Shown here piece after piece: positions 8,902 to 17,997 of a DNA stretch of 64,000 bases. This DNA is from Candidatus Gorgyraea atricola. GTDB lineage: Bacteria > Omnitrophota > Gorgyraeia > Gorgyraeales > Gorgyraeaceae. The stretch lies in NCBI GenBank assembly GCA_030765235.1, contig JAVCCW010000030.1, positions 8,144-72,143 of the forward strand, written 5' to 3'. Position numbers and translations under genes: made by a program. The first letter of the stretch is position 1; the number at the start of each line of letters is the position of its first letter. Below the pieces are notes generated by a model. The model did not search any database. It was not told the origin of the DNA and saw only the letters and a list, made by a program, of their open reading frames with translations.

Positions 8902-10859
8902 GATTTTTTGAGTTGTTTGATCCTGTCCCGCAATTCTGCTGCACGCTCAAACTGCAGGTTTCTCGCGCAGAGTTCCATTTCTCTCTGCATCTCACCGACC
9001 AGGCTATCGACCTCATATTCCTCTTCGCTCTGGCCAGTTACATCAACAACAGTGCCCTCTGCTTTTTTGGCGATCTCTATGCCATCTTTAACAGCCTTCT
9101 CTATTGACTTTGGTGTAATATTGTTCTTCTTATTAAATTCGAGCTGCTTCTCTCTCCGCCTCTCTGTTTCTTGCATGGCCCTTTCCATGGATTTCGTTAC
9201 TGTGTCCGCGTACATGATCACCTGGCCGTCGATATTTCGCGCAGCCCTGCCTGCTACCTGAATAAGCGCTGTCTGCGACCTTAGAAATCCCTCCTTATCA
9301 GCGTCTAAAATCGCGACCAATGACACCTCAGGAAGATCCAGGCCTTCGCGCAATAGATTTATGCCCACCAGGCAATCGAATTTCTGCTTTCTTAAATCGC
9401 GTAATATCTCAACGCGTTCAATCGTCTGTACCTCAGAATGCAGATACCTGACCTTTAATTTCGCATCCTTTAAATACGCTGTAAGATCCTCTGCCATCCT
9501 CTTGGTCAAAGTCGTGACCAGCACCCTCTGGCCTTTTTTGGCGCGGTCCCTTATATTTTGCGCAAGATCATCTATCTGGCCATCAGTGGATTTAAGTATG
9601 ATCTCTGGATCAATAAGTCCTGTCGGCCTTATCAATTGCTCGACGACCTGACTGGATTCCTTTAGCTCATACTCGGACGGTGTAGCTGAAACAAATATCT
9701 TTTCATTGATCACGCTGGTAAATTCCTCGAAATTTAGCGGCCGGTTATCCAGCGCGGACGGGAGTCTAAATCCATAATCAACAAGCGTTTTTTTACGCGC
9801 CTGGTCGCCATTGTACATGCCCCTTATTTGCGGCACTGAGACATGTGATTCATCAAGAATAGTCAGAAAATCATCTGGAAAATAATCTATAAGACAATAC
9901 GGCCTTGACCCAGGAGAACGGCCGCTCAGATGCCTTGAATAATTTTCTATGCCATTGCAAAAGCCCAGCTCCCACAACATCTCAATATCATACCGCGTCC
10001 TGGAATTAAGACGCTGCGCCTCGAGTAATTTATTCTGAGACTTTAATTCCTCGAGCCTTTCCGCTAATTCAACGCGTATCGAAGCAATGGCCTTCTCTAT
10101 CTTTTCCTGCGTCGTGACAAAATGCTTCGCAGGATAAATAGCTATTTTTTCCACCTCTCCTAAAACCTCTCCCGTCAATGGATCTATCTCTAATATCTTC
10201 TCTATTGTGTCGCCAAAAGAATCCACCCTGAACACTGTTTCCTTATACGCGGGGAATATCTCCACGATATCGCCCCTTACTCTGAAACATCCACGCGTAA
10301 AATCAATATCATTCCGCGAATAGCGTATATTTATAAGCTTTAAAAGAAGGGTGTCCCTTTTTATCTTCTGTCCCCTTTCTAAAAATAACAGAAGTTTCTG
10401 GTAATCTTCCGGAGAACCCAGGCCATATATGCACGAGACACTGGAAATAATGATCACATCCCGCCGCGACATAAGACTGCTCGTAGCTGAAAGCCTGAGC
10501 CTGTCGATATTATCATTGATTGAGGCATCCTTCTCTATATAGGTATCTGTGTGCGGGACATACGCCTCTGGCTGGTAATAATCATAGTAACTTACGAAAT
10601 ACTCGACTGCGTTATGCGGGAAAAATTCCTTGAACTCAGCATAGAGTTGCGCGGCAAGTGTCTTATTATGCGATATTACAAGCGTTGGCCTCTGCACATC
10701 AGCAATGACATTTGCCATTGTAAATGTCTTGCCGCTGCCAGTAACGCCAAGAAGGGCCTGAGACCGAACGCCTTTTTTTAGCCCCTGCGTGATCTTCTCA
10801 ATAGCCTGAGGCTGGTCCCCCTGCGGCTTAAACGAACTGACTAACTTAAATTTAGACAT
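8898..10859 (-). CDS. uvrB: excinuclease ABC subunit B
   Basis: [17 protein letters not shown], Walker [13 protein letters not shown], helicase motifs and C-terminal UVR domain. Confidence 0.95.
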   Translation of the reverse strand: MSKFKLVSSFKPQGDQPQAIEKITQGLKKGVRSQALLGVTGSGKTFTMANVIADVQRPTLVISHNKTLAAQLYAEFKEFFPHNAVEYFVSYYDYYQPEAYVPHTDTYIEKDASINDNIDRLRLSATSSLMSRRDVIIISSVSCIYGLGSPEDYQKLLLFLERGQKIKRDTLLLKLINIRYSRNDIDFTRGCFRVRGDIVEIFPAYKETVFRVDSFGDTIEKILEIDPLTGEVLGEVEKIAIYPAKHFVTTQEKIEKAIASIRVELAERLEELKSQNKLLEAQRLNSRTRYDIEMLWELGFCNGIENYSRHLSGRSPGSRPYCLIDYFPDDFLTILDESHVSVPQIRGMYNGDQARKKTLVDYGFRLPSALDNRPLNFEEFTSVINEKIFVSATPSEYELKESSQVVEQLIRPTGLIDPEIILKSTDGQIDDLAQNIRDRAKKGQRVLVTTLTKRMAEDLTAYLKDAKLKVRYLHSEVQTIERVEILRDLRKQKFDCLVGINLLREGLDLPEVSLVAILDADKEGFLRSQTALIQVAGRAARNIDGQVIMYADTVTKSMERAMQETERRREKQLEFNKKNNITPKSIEKAVKDGIEIAKKAEGTVVDVTGQSEEEYEVDSLVGEMQREMELCARNLQFERAAELRDRIKQLKKS

Positions 10860-11700
10860 TTATTTCCAAGGAGAAATCTACAGATGGAGCTGAGTGGGTA
10901 AGAGCGCCTATTGAAATCCTGTCAACACCTGTACGTGCAATCTTCGCAACATTTTCTAAATTAATGCCCCCAGATACTTCTAACATCACCCTTGTCCCTT
11001 GTCTCTTGTTACTTGTCCCTAACCTCGTTGCTTTTCTTATATCTTCTAACGTCATGTTATCCAGCATTATAATATCAGCGCCTGAGGCCAGGGCCTTTTT
11101 AAAATCTCCCAGATTATCAACCTCTACCTCGATATTCTTATAATGTTTATTCTTTGCCCTTGCCACAGCATCCTCGATGCTGCACAGAGACAGGTGATTA
11201 TCCTTGATCAAGACCTGGTCCCATAACCCCATCCTGTGATTAGAGCCGCCCCCCACTCTCACAGCATATTTTTCCAAGACCCTCATGCCAGGCATGGTCT
11301 TTCTCGTATCAAATATCTTCGCCTTTGTCTTTTTTATCTTTTCTACAAACTCGGCTGTAAGCGTACTGACACCTGAAAGCCTGCTAAGAAAATTCAATGC
11401 AGTCCTCTCGCACGTCAGGATATTCTTTACAGGCCCTTTTATAGAAGCGATCTTCTTTCCCTTTTTAATGGTAGCTCCGTCATTATAAATCGATCTAAAG
11501 ATTATCCTTTCGTCCAGCGCGGTAAACACCCACTTTGCAACATCTATGCCGCAGAGCACGCATTCCTCTTTCGCGACAATGTCAGCCAGAACGATCATGT
11601 CTTTCTCAAAAATCGCTCCAGAGGTGATATCGCCGCCTCCCACATCTTCACCTAAGGCAGCCATTATTATTGGTAGGATTTTTTCTCTTACAGGTTTCAT
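10852..11700 (-). CDS. nadC: nicotinate-nucleotide pyrophosphorylase (carboxylating)
   Basis: QPRTase C-terminal blocks [12 protein letters not shown]...[13 protein letters not shown]; contains a heptamer-repeat insert. Confidence 0.85.
   Translation of the reverse strand: MKPVREKILPIIMAALGEDVGGGDITSGAIFEKDMIVLADIVAKEECVLCGIDVAKWVFTALDERIIFRSIYNDGATIKKGKKIASIKGPVKNILTCERTALNFLSRLSGVSTLTAEFVEKIKKTKAKIFDTRKTMPGMRVLEKYAVRVGGGSNHRMGLWDQVLIKDNHLSLCSIEDAVARAKNKHYKNIEVEVDNLGDFKKALASGADIIMLDNMTLEDIRKATRLGTSNKRQGTRVMLEVSGGINLENVAKIARTGVDRISIGALTHSAPSVDFSLEINV
10987..11019. repeat. (CCCTTGT)-like heptamer tract in frame in nadC
   Basis: CACCCTTGTCCCTTGTCTCTTGTTACTTGTCCC; reads TSNKRQGTR at a site where E. 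coli NadC, from memory, is shorter. Confidence 0.6.
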
Positions 11701-14405
11701 AATGCTTTCAGGGTCTCGCTCAACCTTTTTATCTGTTCTTTCAACTTTAGACTCTTTTCCTTCTCCTGGCTTACTATTTTTTCAGGCGCCTTTTTAACAA
11801 AATTCTTGTCCTTTAGTCTTTTTTCAGTAAATCCCAGCTGCCTGTCAAGTTCCTCTCTCTTCTTACCAAGTCTTTTCTTTTCCGCATCAAGGTCTATAAT
11901 ACCTTTTAGCGGCACAAAGATATTAAAATCCTCTAACACTGCCGTAGCGCAGCCTTCAGGTTTTTTCATGTCCTTATCTATCACCAGCTCCTCTAATCGA
12001 GCAAGATTCTTTATGTAGTCAATGCCTCCTTTTAATTTACCCTCCGCGCCTTTTTTTAAAGGCGCCAGGTACACTTTAAATCTTTTCGTATGCGGGATAT
12101 TCATGTCAGCGCGTATATTTCTTATGCTCACGATAATGTTTTTTATGATCTCGACACTGTGCTCGATATCCTTTTTAATCGCCTTTTTATCTACGCTCGG
12201 CCATTTCTCTGTAATTATACTTTCTCTTTCCTTTATATTCTGCCACACCGCCTCTGTCACAAACGGCATAAACGGATGCAGTAACTTCAAAGAGCTTTCA
12301 AGGATATGTATTAATACGCATTCCGTTACCCGTTGGCCCGTTGGCCCGTTGGCCCGTTGCATTAGTTGCGGCTTTATTATCTCGAGGTACCAATCGCAGA
12401 ACTCATGCCAGAAAAAATCGTAGACCAATGACTCTGCCTCATTGAACCTGTACTGCTCGAGAGACTTTGTTGCAGCCTCGATTGTCTTATTGAGCCGGCT
12501 AAGTATCCACTTATCCGCCAAGCTAAAAGCCGAGGCTGGACCTCGGCTTTTTGAAAAAAGCCGAGGTCCAGCCTCGGCTTTTTGAATGTTCATCAACACA
12601 AATCTCGACGCATTCCAGATCTTGTTGGCAAAGTTTCTGCCGATCTCAAATTTTTCTTTGGAGAGAAATACGTCTTGCCCTGTCGCTGTTATGGCTATCA
12701 TGCTGTATCTCAATGCATCTGTGCCAAATTCATTGATGATGTCTATAGGATCTATGATATTGCCGAGCGACTTTGACATCTTCTTGCCTGTAAGATCCCT
12801 GACTGTGCCATGCAGATAGACATCACTGAATGGGATCTCTCCTGTAAATTCCATACCTGCCATGATCATTCTTGCCACCCAGAAAAATAATATCTCTGGC
12901 GCGGTAACCAAAACATCTGTTGGATAAAAATATTTGAGATCTTCTGTCTTTTCTGGCCAGCCAAGCGTAGAAAACGGCCACAGCCACGACGAAAACCATG
13001 TATCCAGCACATCCTCGTCTTGTCGTATCTTAGTAGAGCTGCACTCTGGGCATCTCTCTGGGTTCACCTTTGAAACAATCACCTCTCCACAAGTTTCACA
13101 ATAATAGACTGGAATCCGGTGGCCCCACCAAATTTGACGAGATATGCACCAATCCCTGATATTCTCCATCCAATTCAAGTACACCTTTGTCCATCTCTTG
13201 GGATAGAACTTGATCTTGCCTTTTTTCACTGCGTCAATGGCTGGCTTTGCGAGCGGCTTCATCTTAACGAACCACTGCTTCGACAAATAAGGTTCCACAG
13301 CAGTGTGGCATCTATAGCAATGCCCTACAGCATGATGATGCGATTCTATCTTCACAAGCAATCCTTTTTCTTCTAATTCTTTTACAATACCTTCTCTTGC
13401 CTGGAATCTATCTTTGCCGTTGTATGAGCCTGCATTCTCATTCATTGTAGCGTCAGGATTCATTACAAGAACAGGTTCTAAGTCGTGCCTATTGCCTATC
13501 TCAAAGTCATTTGGATCATGCGCTGGCGTGACCTTAACCGCGCCTGTGCCGAATTTTTTATCCACAAAATCATCCGCGATAATTGGTATCTCGCGGCCGA
13601 TTATTGGAAGGGTCAATTTTTTACCAACGAGTTTTTTGTATCTTTTATCCTTTGGATTAACAGCTACAGCCACATCCCCCAACATAGTCTCCGGCCTCGT
13701 AGTAGCAACTGTAACCCCTTGTCCTTTGCCTGCCCCGTACGAAATCTTCGATTTTCGTATGGGGTCCCTTGTCCCTTGTCCCTCCGCAAGTAGATACTTG
13801 ATATAGTACAGCTTCCCCTCAGTCTCCACATGTGGAGCTTCCTCATCAGAGAGAGCGGTCTTGCACCTTGGACACCAATTGATAATATAGTTTCCTCTAT
13901 ATATAAGGCCTTTTTTATGAAGACTTACAAATGCCTCCAAGACTGCGTCGGAAAGTCCTTTATCCATTGTGAAACGCGTCCTTGCCCAGTCACACGAGGC
14001 GCCCAGCCTCTTCAGCTGCATGATAATAGTGTTTCCATACTCCTCGCGCCACTTCCATACCTCTTTTACGAATCCCTCGCGGCCCAGATCGTCCCGCTTC
14101 TTTCCCTCCTTAGCGAGTTTTTTCTCCACGACGTTTTGCGTAGCAATGCCAGCATGGTCAGTACCTGGTACCCACAAGCTCGCAAAACCCTGCATCCTCT
14201 TCCAGCGGATCAAGATATCCTGCAGAGTATTATTCAATGCATGGCCCATGTGCAAAATGCCTGTTACATTCGGCGGAGGAATGACTATGGTAAAGGGTTT
14301 TTTGCCAGATTCTGGCTTAGCGCTAAAAACCCCCTGCGCCTCCCATTTCGAATATATAGACTTTTCAACTTCTTGAGGATTATATCGGGCAGGAATCTCT
14401 TTCAT
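11697..14405 (-). CDS. valS: valyl-tRNA synthetase
   Basis: HMGHALN (HIGH), KMSKSLGN, VATTRPETMLGD and a C-terminal coiled coil; 902 aa with three in-frame repeat inserts. Confidence 0.95.
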   Translation of the reverse strand: MKEIPARYNPQEVEKSIYSKWEAQGVFSAKPESGKKPFTIVIPPPNVTGILHMGHALNNTLQDILIRWKRMQGFASLWVPGTDHAGIATQNVVEKKLAKEGKKRDDLGREGFVKEVWKWREEYGNTIIMQLKRLGASCDWARTRFTMDKGLSDAVLEAFVSLHKKGLIYRGNYIINWCPRCKTALSDEEAPHVETEGKLYYIKYLLAEGQGTRDPIRKSKISYGAGKGQGVTVATTRPETMLGDVAVAVNPKDKRYKKLVGKKLTLPIIGREIPIIADDFVDKKFGTGAVKVTPAHDPNDFEIGNRHDLEPVLVMNPDATMNENAGSYNGKDRFQAREGIVKELEEKGLLVKIESHHHAVGHCYRCHTAVEPYLSKQWFVKMKPLAKPAIDAVKKGKIKFYPKRWTKVYLNWMENIRDWCISRQIWWGHRIPVYYCETCGEVIVSKVNPERCPECSSTKIRQDEDVLDTWFSSWLWPFSTLGWPEKTEDLKYFYPTDVLVTAPEILFFWVARMIMAGMEFTGEIPFSDVYLHGTVRDLTGKKMSKSLGNIIDPIDIINEFGTDALRYSMIAITATGQDVFLSKEKFEIGRNFANKIWNASRFVLMNIQKAEAGPRLFSKSRGPASAFSLADKWILSRLNKTIEAATKSLEQYRFNEAESLVYDFFWHEFCDWYLEIIKPQLMQRANGPTGQRVTECVLIHILESSLKLLHPFMPFVTEAVWQNIKERESIITEKWPSVDKKAIKKDIEHSVEIIKNIIVSIRNIRADMNIPHTKRFKVYLAPLKKGAEGKLKGGIDYIKNLARLEELVIDKDMKKPEGCATAVLEDFNIFVPLKGIIDLDAEKKRLGKKREELDRQLGFTEKRLKDKNFVKKAPEKIVSQEKEKSLKLKEQIKRLSETLKAL
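12324..12360. repeat. (CCCGTTGG)n octamer tract in frame in valS
   Basis: CCGTTACCCGTTGGCCCGTTGGCCCGTTGGCCCGTTGC; reads ANGPTGQRVTE. Confidence 0.65.
12527..12590. repeat. two tandem terminator-like hairpins (AGCCGAGGCTGGACCTCGGCT family) in frame inside valS
   Basis: AAAAGCCGAGGCTGGACCTCGGCTTTTTGAAAAAAGCCGAGGTCCAGCCTCGGCTTTTTGAA; reads as KAEAGPRLFSKSRGPASAF within the intact valS ORF. Confidence 0.75.
13717..13784. repeat. same composite palindromic element, in frame in valS
   Basis: CCCTTGTCCTTTGCCTGCCCCGTACGAAATCTTCGATTTTCGTATGGGGTCCCTTGTCCCTTGTCCC; reads EGQGTRDPIRKSKISYGAGKGQGV just before VATTRPETM. Confidence 0.75.
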
Positions 14406-14436
14406 GGTTTTGTCATTATGCTGAAGTTATTGCGCA

Positions 14437-14474
14437 GCTTCTGTAGGCCAGGTTTAAACCTGGCCTACAGAAGC
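14437..14474. repeat. GCCAGGTTTAAACCTGGC-core palindromic hairpin (copy 1), between cimA and valS
   Basis: GCTTCTGTAGGCCAGGTTTAAACCTGGCCTACAGAAGC perfect palindrome. Confidence 0.7.
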
Positions 14475-14500
14475 GGGAGACTGCTAAAGCGTAAAGATCT

Positions 14501-16069
14501 CTATTTGATTTTGTCTTTTAATAGTTTGTACTCGACGCTGTCTACTAGGGCTTGCCAGCTGGCTTCGATGATGTTCTCTGACACGCCAACAGTGCCCCAG
14601 GACGAACGCTCGTCCTGCGACTGGATCAACACACGGACCTTTGCTGCAGTGCCTGCTTTTTCATCCAGCACCCTTACCTTGAAGTCAGACAAATGCATCT
14701 TTGCGAGCGTTGGATAAAATTTGTTCAGTGCCTTACGCAGCGCATTGTCCAACGCATTCACAGGACCATCGCCCTCCGCGGCTGTGTGCTCCTCTTTCCT
14801 GTTTACCTTTACCTTTATAGTCGCCTCTGATATAAGGGTGTTATCTTCCCTTTTCTCAATGCTCACCTTAAAACCCTCGAGACTAAAAAATGGCTTATAT
14901 TTTTTCAGCGCCTTTTTCATCAAGAGCTGAAACGAAGCATCAGCTGCCTCAAAATAATATCCTTGATTCTCAAGATTCTGTATAAGCCTTAAGATCTTCT
15001 TGGTCTTTGGGTCCTCCTTTGAAAGATCTAGCTCCATCTCTTTTGCCTTAAGGATGATACTAGTCTTGCCTGAGAGCTCTGAAACAAGGATCCTTCTGTG
15101 ATTCCCCACTAACTCTGGCTTAATGTGTTCATATGTCTCGGGATTTTTCATGACCGCGTTGACATGCACGCCGCCTTTATGCGCGAAAGCGGACCTGCCA
15201 ACAAAAGGCTGATTATCCTTTTGTTTCATGTTCGAAAGCTCGCTCACGTACCGTGAAACTTCTGTAAGCTCCTTCAGCTTAGAATCTGACACGCACCTGC
15301 GCCCCATCTTTAATTGAAGATTTGGCACAATAACACACAGGTCTGCGTTCCCGCAGCGTTCGCCGTAACCATTGATCGTACCCTGCACCATGCTGCACCC
15401 TGCATCCACCGCGGCAATAGTATTTGCAACAGCCATGCCGCTGTCATTGTGTGTATGAATCCCTAAAGGCACCTGAAACTCACTTGCCAGAGCCATAACG
15501 ATCCTTGCCAGCTCATACGTAATCATGCCGCCATTTGTATCGCACAACACGATCTCGTCACACCCAGCTTTTACAGCTGTTCGCAGCGTCTCCAGCGCAT
15601 AATCCTTATTATTCAGATATCCGTCAAAAAAATGCTCTGCGTCGTAAAACACTTTACGCTTTTTAGACTTCAGATACTCGACTGTCTCTTTGATTATGTC
15701 CAGGTTTTCCTGCAAAGAAACGTTCAGGACGTCTTCTACGTGCAGATCCCAGGTCTTTCCAAACACAGTCACTGTTTTTGCGCCAGAGTTCAGGAGTGAC
15801 TTCAGATTACCGTCTTTTGCAGGGCTGATCTTTGCCCGTTTGGTGCTGCCAAAGGCAACTACCTCAGATTTTTTAAACCTGGTCTTCATAGCTTCTTTAA
15901 AAAATGCCATGTCTTTTGGATTAGACCCAGGCCACCCGCCTTCTATATAATGAATCCCCAGCAGATCCAGCTTCTTCGCGACCCTTAGTTTATCATTCAA
16001 AGAAAAGGAAACCCCTTCTCCCTGCGAACCATCCCGTAATGTAGTGTCATATAACTTGATTTCCTGCAT
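14501..16069 (-). CDS. cimA: (R)-citramalate synthase / 2-isopropylmalate synthase family, CimA-type; start MQEIKLYDTTLRDG at 16069 preferred
   Basis: DTTLRDGSQ, IEGGWPGSNPKD (TIGR00977-like) and a LeuA-dimer regulatory C-terminus. The shorter start has a GGGAAGAAGGG RBS and abuts the lysC stop. Confidence 0.75.
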   Translation of the reverse strand: MQEIKLYDTTLRDGSQGEGVSFSLNDKLRVAKKLDLLGIHYIEGGWPGSNPKDMAFFKEAMKTRFKKSEVVAFGSTKRAKISPAKDGNLKSLLNSGAKTVTVFGKTWDLHVEDVLNVSLQENLDIIKETVEYLKSKKRKVFYDAEHFFDGYLNNKDYALETLRTAVKAGCDEIVLCDTNGGMITYELARIVMALASEFQVPLGIHTHNDSGMAVANTIAAVDAGCSMVQGTINGYGERCGNADLCVIVPNLQLKMGRRCVSDSKLKELTEVSRYVSELSNMKQKDNQPFVGRSAFAHKGGVHVNAVMKNPETYEHIKPELVGNHRRILVSELSGKTSIILKAKEMELDLSKEDPKTKKILRLIQNLENQGYYFEAADASFQLLMKKALKKYKPFFSLEGFKVSIEKREDNTLISEATIKVKVNRKEEHTAAEGDGPVNALDNALRKALNKFYPTLAKMHLSDFKVRVLDEKAGTAAKVRVLIQSQDERSSWGTVGVSENIIEASWQALVDSVEYKLLKDKIK

Positions 16070-16071
16070 AT

Positions 16072-17298
16072 CTATCCCTTCTTCCCTAATCCAAACGCCT
16101 TGTGAAGCGTCCGGACTGCCTCCTCTGCGCGCTTCTTCTTTATCACGCACGATATCTTTATCTCAGAGGTCGAGATCATGTCTATATTAATCTTTTTTAA
16201 GGCCAGGGCCTGAAACATCTGCGCTGCTACTCCTGAGTGACTCTTCATACCAATGCCGACTATGGAAACCTTTGCAATGTCATTGTTATAAATCGCGCCC
16301 TTTGCCTTTACACCTTTCACTATCTTGTGCACAACCTGCTTGGTCCTGGCAAGCTCAGCAAGAGGCACTGTAAAAGAAACATCTGTATAGCCTGTCCTTG
16401 ATATATTTTGAATTATCATATCAACGTTTATATCTGCCTTTGCCAGATCCTTAAATATGACTGCTGCTATACCTGGCCTGTCAGGCACATCACATATAGT
16501 TACTTTTGCTTCGCCTTTATTTGCGGTAACACCGCTAACAAGAACATCTTCCATTGCCTTGACCTCCTCAGAAATAATAGTTCCCTGTTTATTGTTAAAA
16601 CTCGAACGTATGTGCAGCGGTACGGAAAATTTCTTCGCGACTTCCATTGACCTCGCCTGCATAACCTGCGCGCCCAGCGACGCCAGTTCAAGCATCTCTT
16701 CATAGCTTATGCGCGAAAGCTTCTTCGCATCCTTTACGATCCTTGGATCAGCAGTATAAACGCCCTCCACATCGGTATATATCTCGCACACCTTTGCCTT
16801 GAGCGTCTTGGCAAGCGCCACTGCTGTAATATCTGAACCTCCGCGGCCAAGCGTTGTGATCTCCTGCTCAGGATTTATACCCTGAAAACCAGCCACGATA
16901 ACCACCTTGCCTCTTTTTAGTTCTGCCTTTATTTTGCCAGCACTGACACCCACGATCCTTGCCTTTGTGTGGCTGTCATCTGTCATGATACCTACCTGCG
17001 CGCCGGTAAAAGAGATGGCTCCCACGCCCATCCTGTGTAACGCCATTGCCAGGAGCGAAACAGAAACCTGTTCACCCGTAGATATAAGCATGTCTATCTC
17101 TCGCTTGCTCGGCACAGGCGTGATCTCGTGCGCGAGATTCATGAGTTCATCTGTAGTATCTCCCAGCGCAGAAACCACCACCACAAGTCCATAGCCATTC
17201 TTCTTGTACCTGGCGATCCTCCTGGCTACATTCTTTATCCTGTCTATATTAGCGACAGAGCTCCCGCCGTATTTTTGTACGATTAAATTGTTTCGCAT
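16072..17298 (-). CDS. lysC: aspartate kinase
   Basis: MRNNLIVQKYGGSSV kinase N-terminus, two C-terminal ACT domains, 408 aa. Confidence 0.85.
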   Translation of the reverse strand: MRNNLIVQKYGGSSVANIDRIKNVARRIARYKKNGYGLVVVVSALGDTTDELMNLAHEITPVPSKREIDMLISTGEQVSVSLLAMALHRMGVGAISFTGAQVGIMTDDSHTKARIVGVSAGKIKAELKRGKVVIVAGFQGINPEQEITTLGRGGSDITAVALAKTLKAKVCEIYTDVEGVYTADPRIVKDAKKLSRISYEEMLELASLGAQVMQARSMEVAKKFSVPLHIRSSFNNKQGTIISEEVKAMEDVLVSGVTANKGEAKVTICDVPDRPGIAAVIFKDLAKADINVDMIIQNISRTGYTDVSFTVPLAELARTKQVVHKIVKGVKAKGAIYNNDIAKVSIVGIGMKSHSGVAAQMFQALALKKINIDMISTSEIKISCVIKKKRAEEAVRTLHKAFGLGKKG

Positions 17299-17997
17299 CT
17301 AAGCCTTCTTTTTTTAACTATCGTAAAAACATCAAAAACCATCGCGCCTGCCATTGCAATAAGCACGATTGAAACACTTACCAGCGCGAATTCTTTGTCT
17401 TTTATAAAATGCACTGCCTGATATAAAAGCGCTCCTATAGAGGTAACAAGCATAAAGACAGCTGGTAAAAAAGTAAACTTAATGCTTTTTCCTCTACACA
17501 AAAGCCAGCTCGATATCACCACAAAGCTAAGCGCTGCCACCAGCTGATTGCTGGCGCCAAATACAGGCCAGATCTTGCCCCATTTACCGCTTAGGGCCAA
17601 AAGACCACTGATAAATATTACCACAAAGGTAGAAAAGAATCTATTCTTTATTTTAAAAAGTTCTTCGGATAAGTACCTGCATATCCTTGTCGCTGTATCT
17701 AATGTCGTAAGGATGAATGCGTTAAGTATCATCACTGCTACAAGGCCACCATCCCCAGAGCGCTACACCTATAATAGGCCCTACGATCGGCCCTGCTCCG
17801 GCAATGCTCGCAAAATGATGACTAAAAAGGATTAACCAATTCCTGGCAGGTACGTAATCCACGCCGTCATAATACTTGTGGGCAGGCGTCACGTTTTTGG
17901 GATTTACTTCAAAGAATCTCTCTATGATCCGGGCATAAAAAAAATACCCGGCTCCGAGGAACACGAGCGAGGCTAGGATTACTGTGAGTGAATTCAT
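17283..17997 (-). pseudogene. cstA: carbon starvation protein CstA remnant: two out-of-frame fragments (17722-17997 N-terminal, 17283-17735 internal)
   Basis: Fragment 1 carries CstA N-terminal blocks (DYVPARNWLILFSHHFASIAGAGPIVGPIIG). Fragment 2 carries AFILTTLDTATR. Together ~240 aa versus ~600-700 aa for intact CstA, with a frame change at 17722-17735. Confidence 0.5.

Noticed and set aside
12290-12600. Possibility that the repeat tracts in valS, or the many palindromes, represent a CRISPR array
   Set aside because: Repeats are not regularly spaced and are not separated by unique spacers of uniform length. They are heterogeneous families (heptamer, octamer, hairpins) dispersed over 60 kb, and no cas genes are present.
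13664-13846. 60-aa minus-strand ORF containing GQGTPYENRRFRTGQAKDKG
   Set aside because: It is an alternative frame across the palindromic element inside valS; the full-length valS frame is intact through this region.
13830-14717. 295-aa plus-strand ORF
   Set aside because: Antisense to the valS 5' region and to the cimA 3' end and terminator hairpin; no motif; shadow ORF.
16500-16703. 67-aa minus-strand ORF inside lysC
   Set aside because: Out-of-frame overlap with the aspartate kinase ORF, which has full-length homology.
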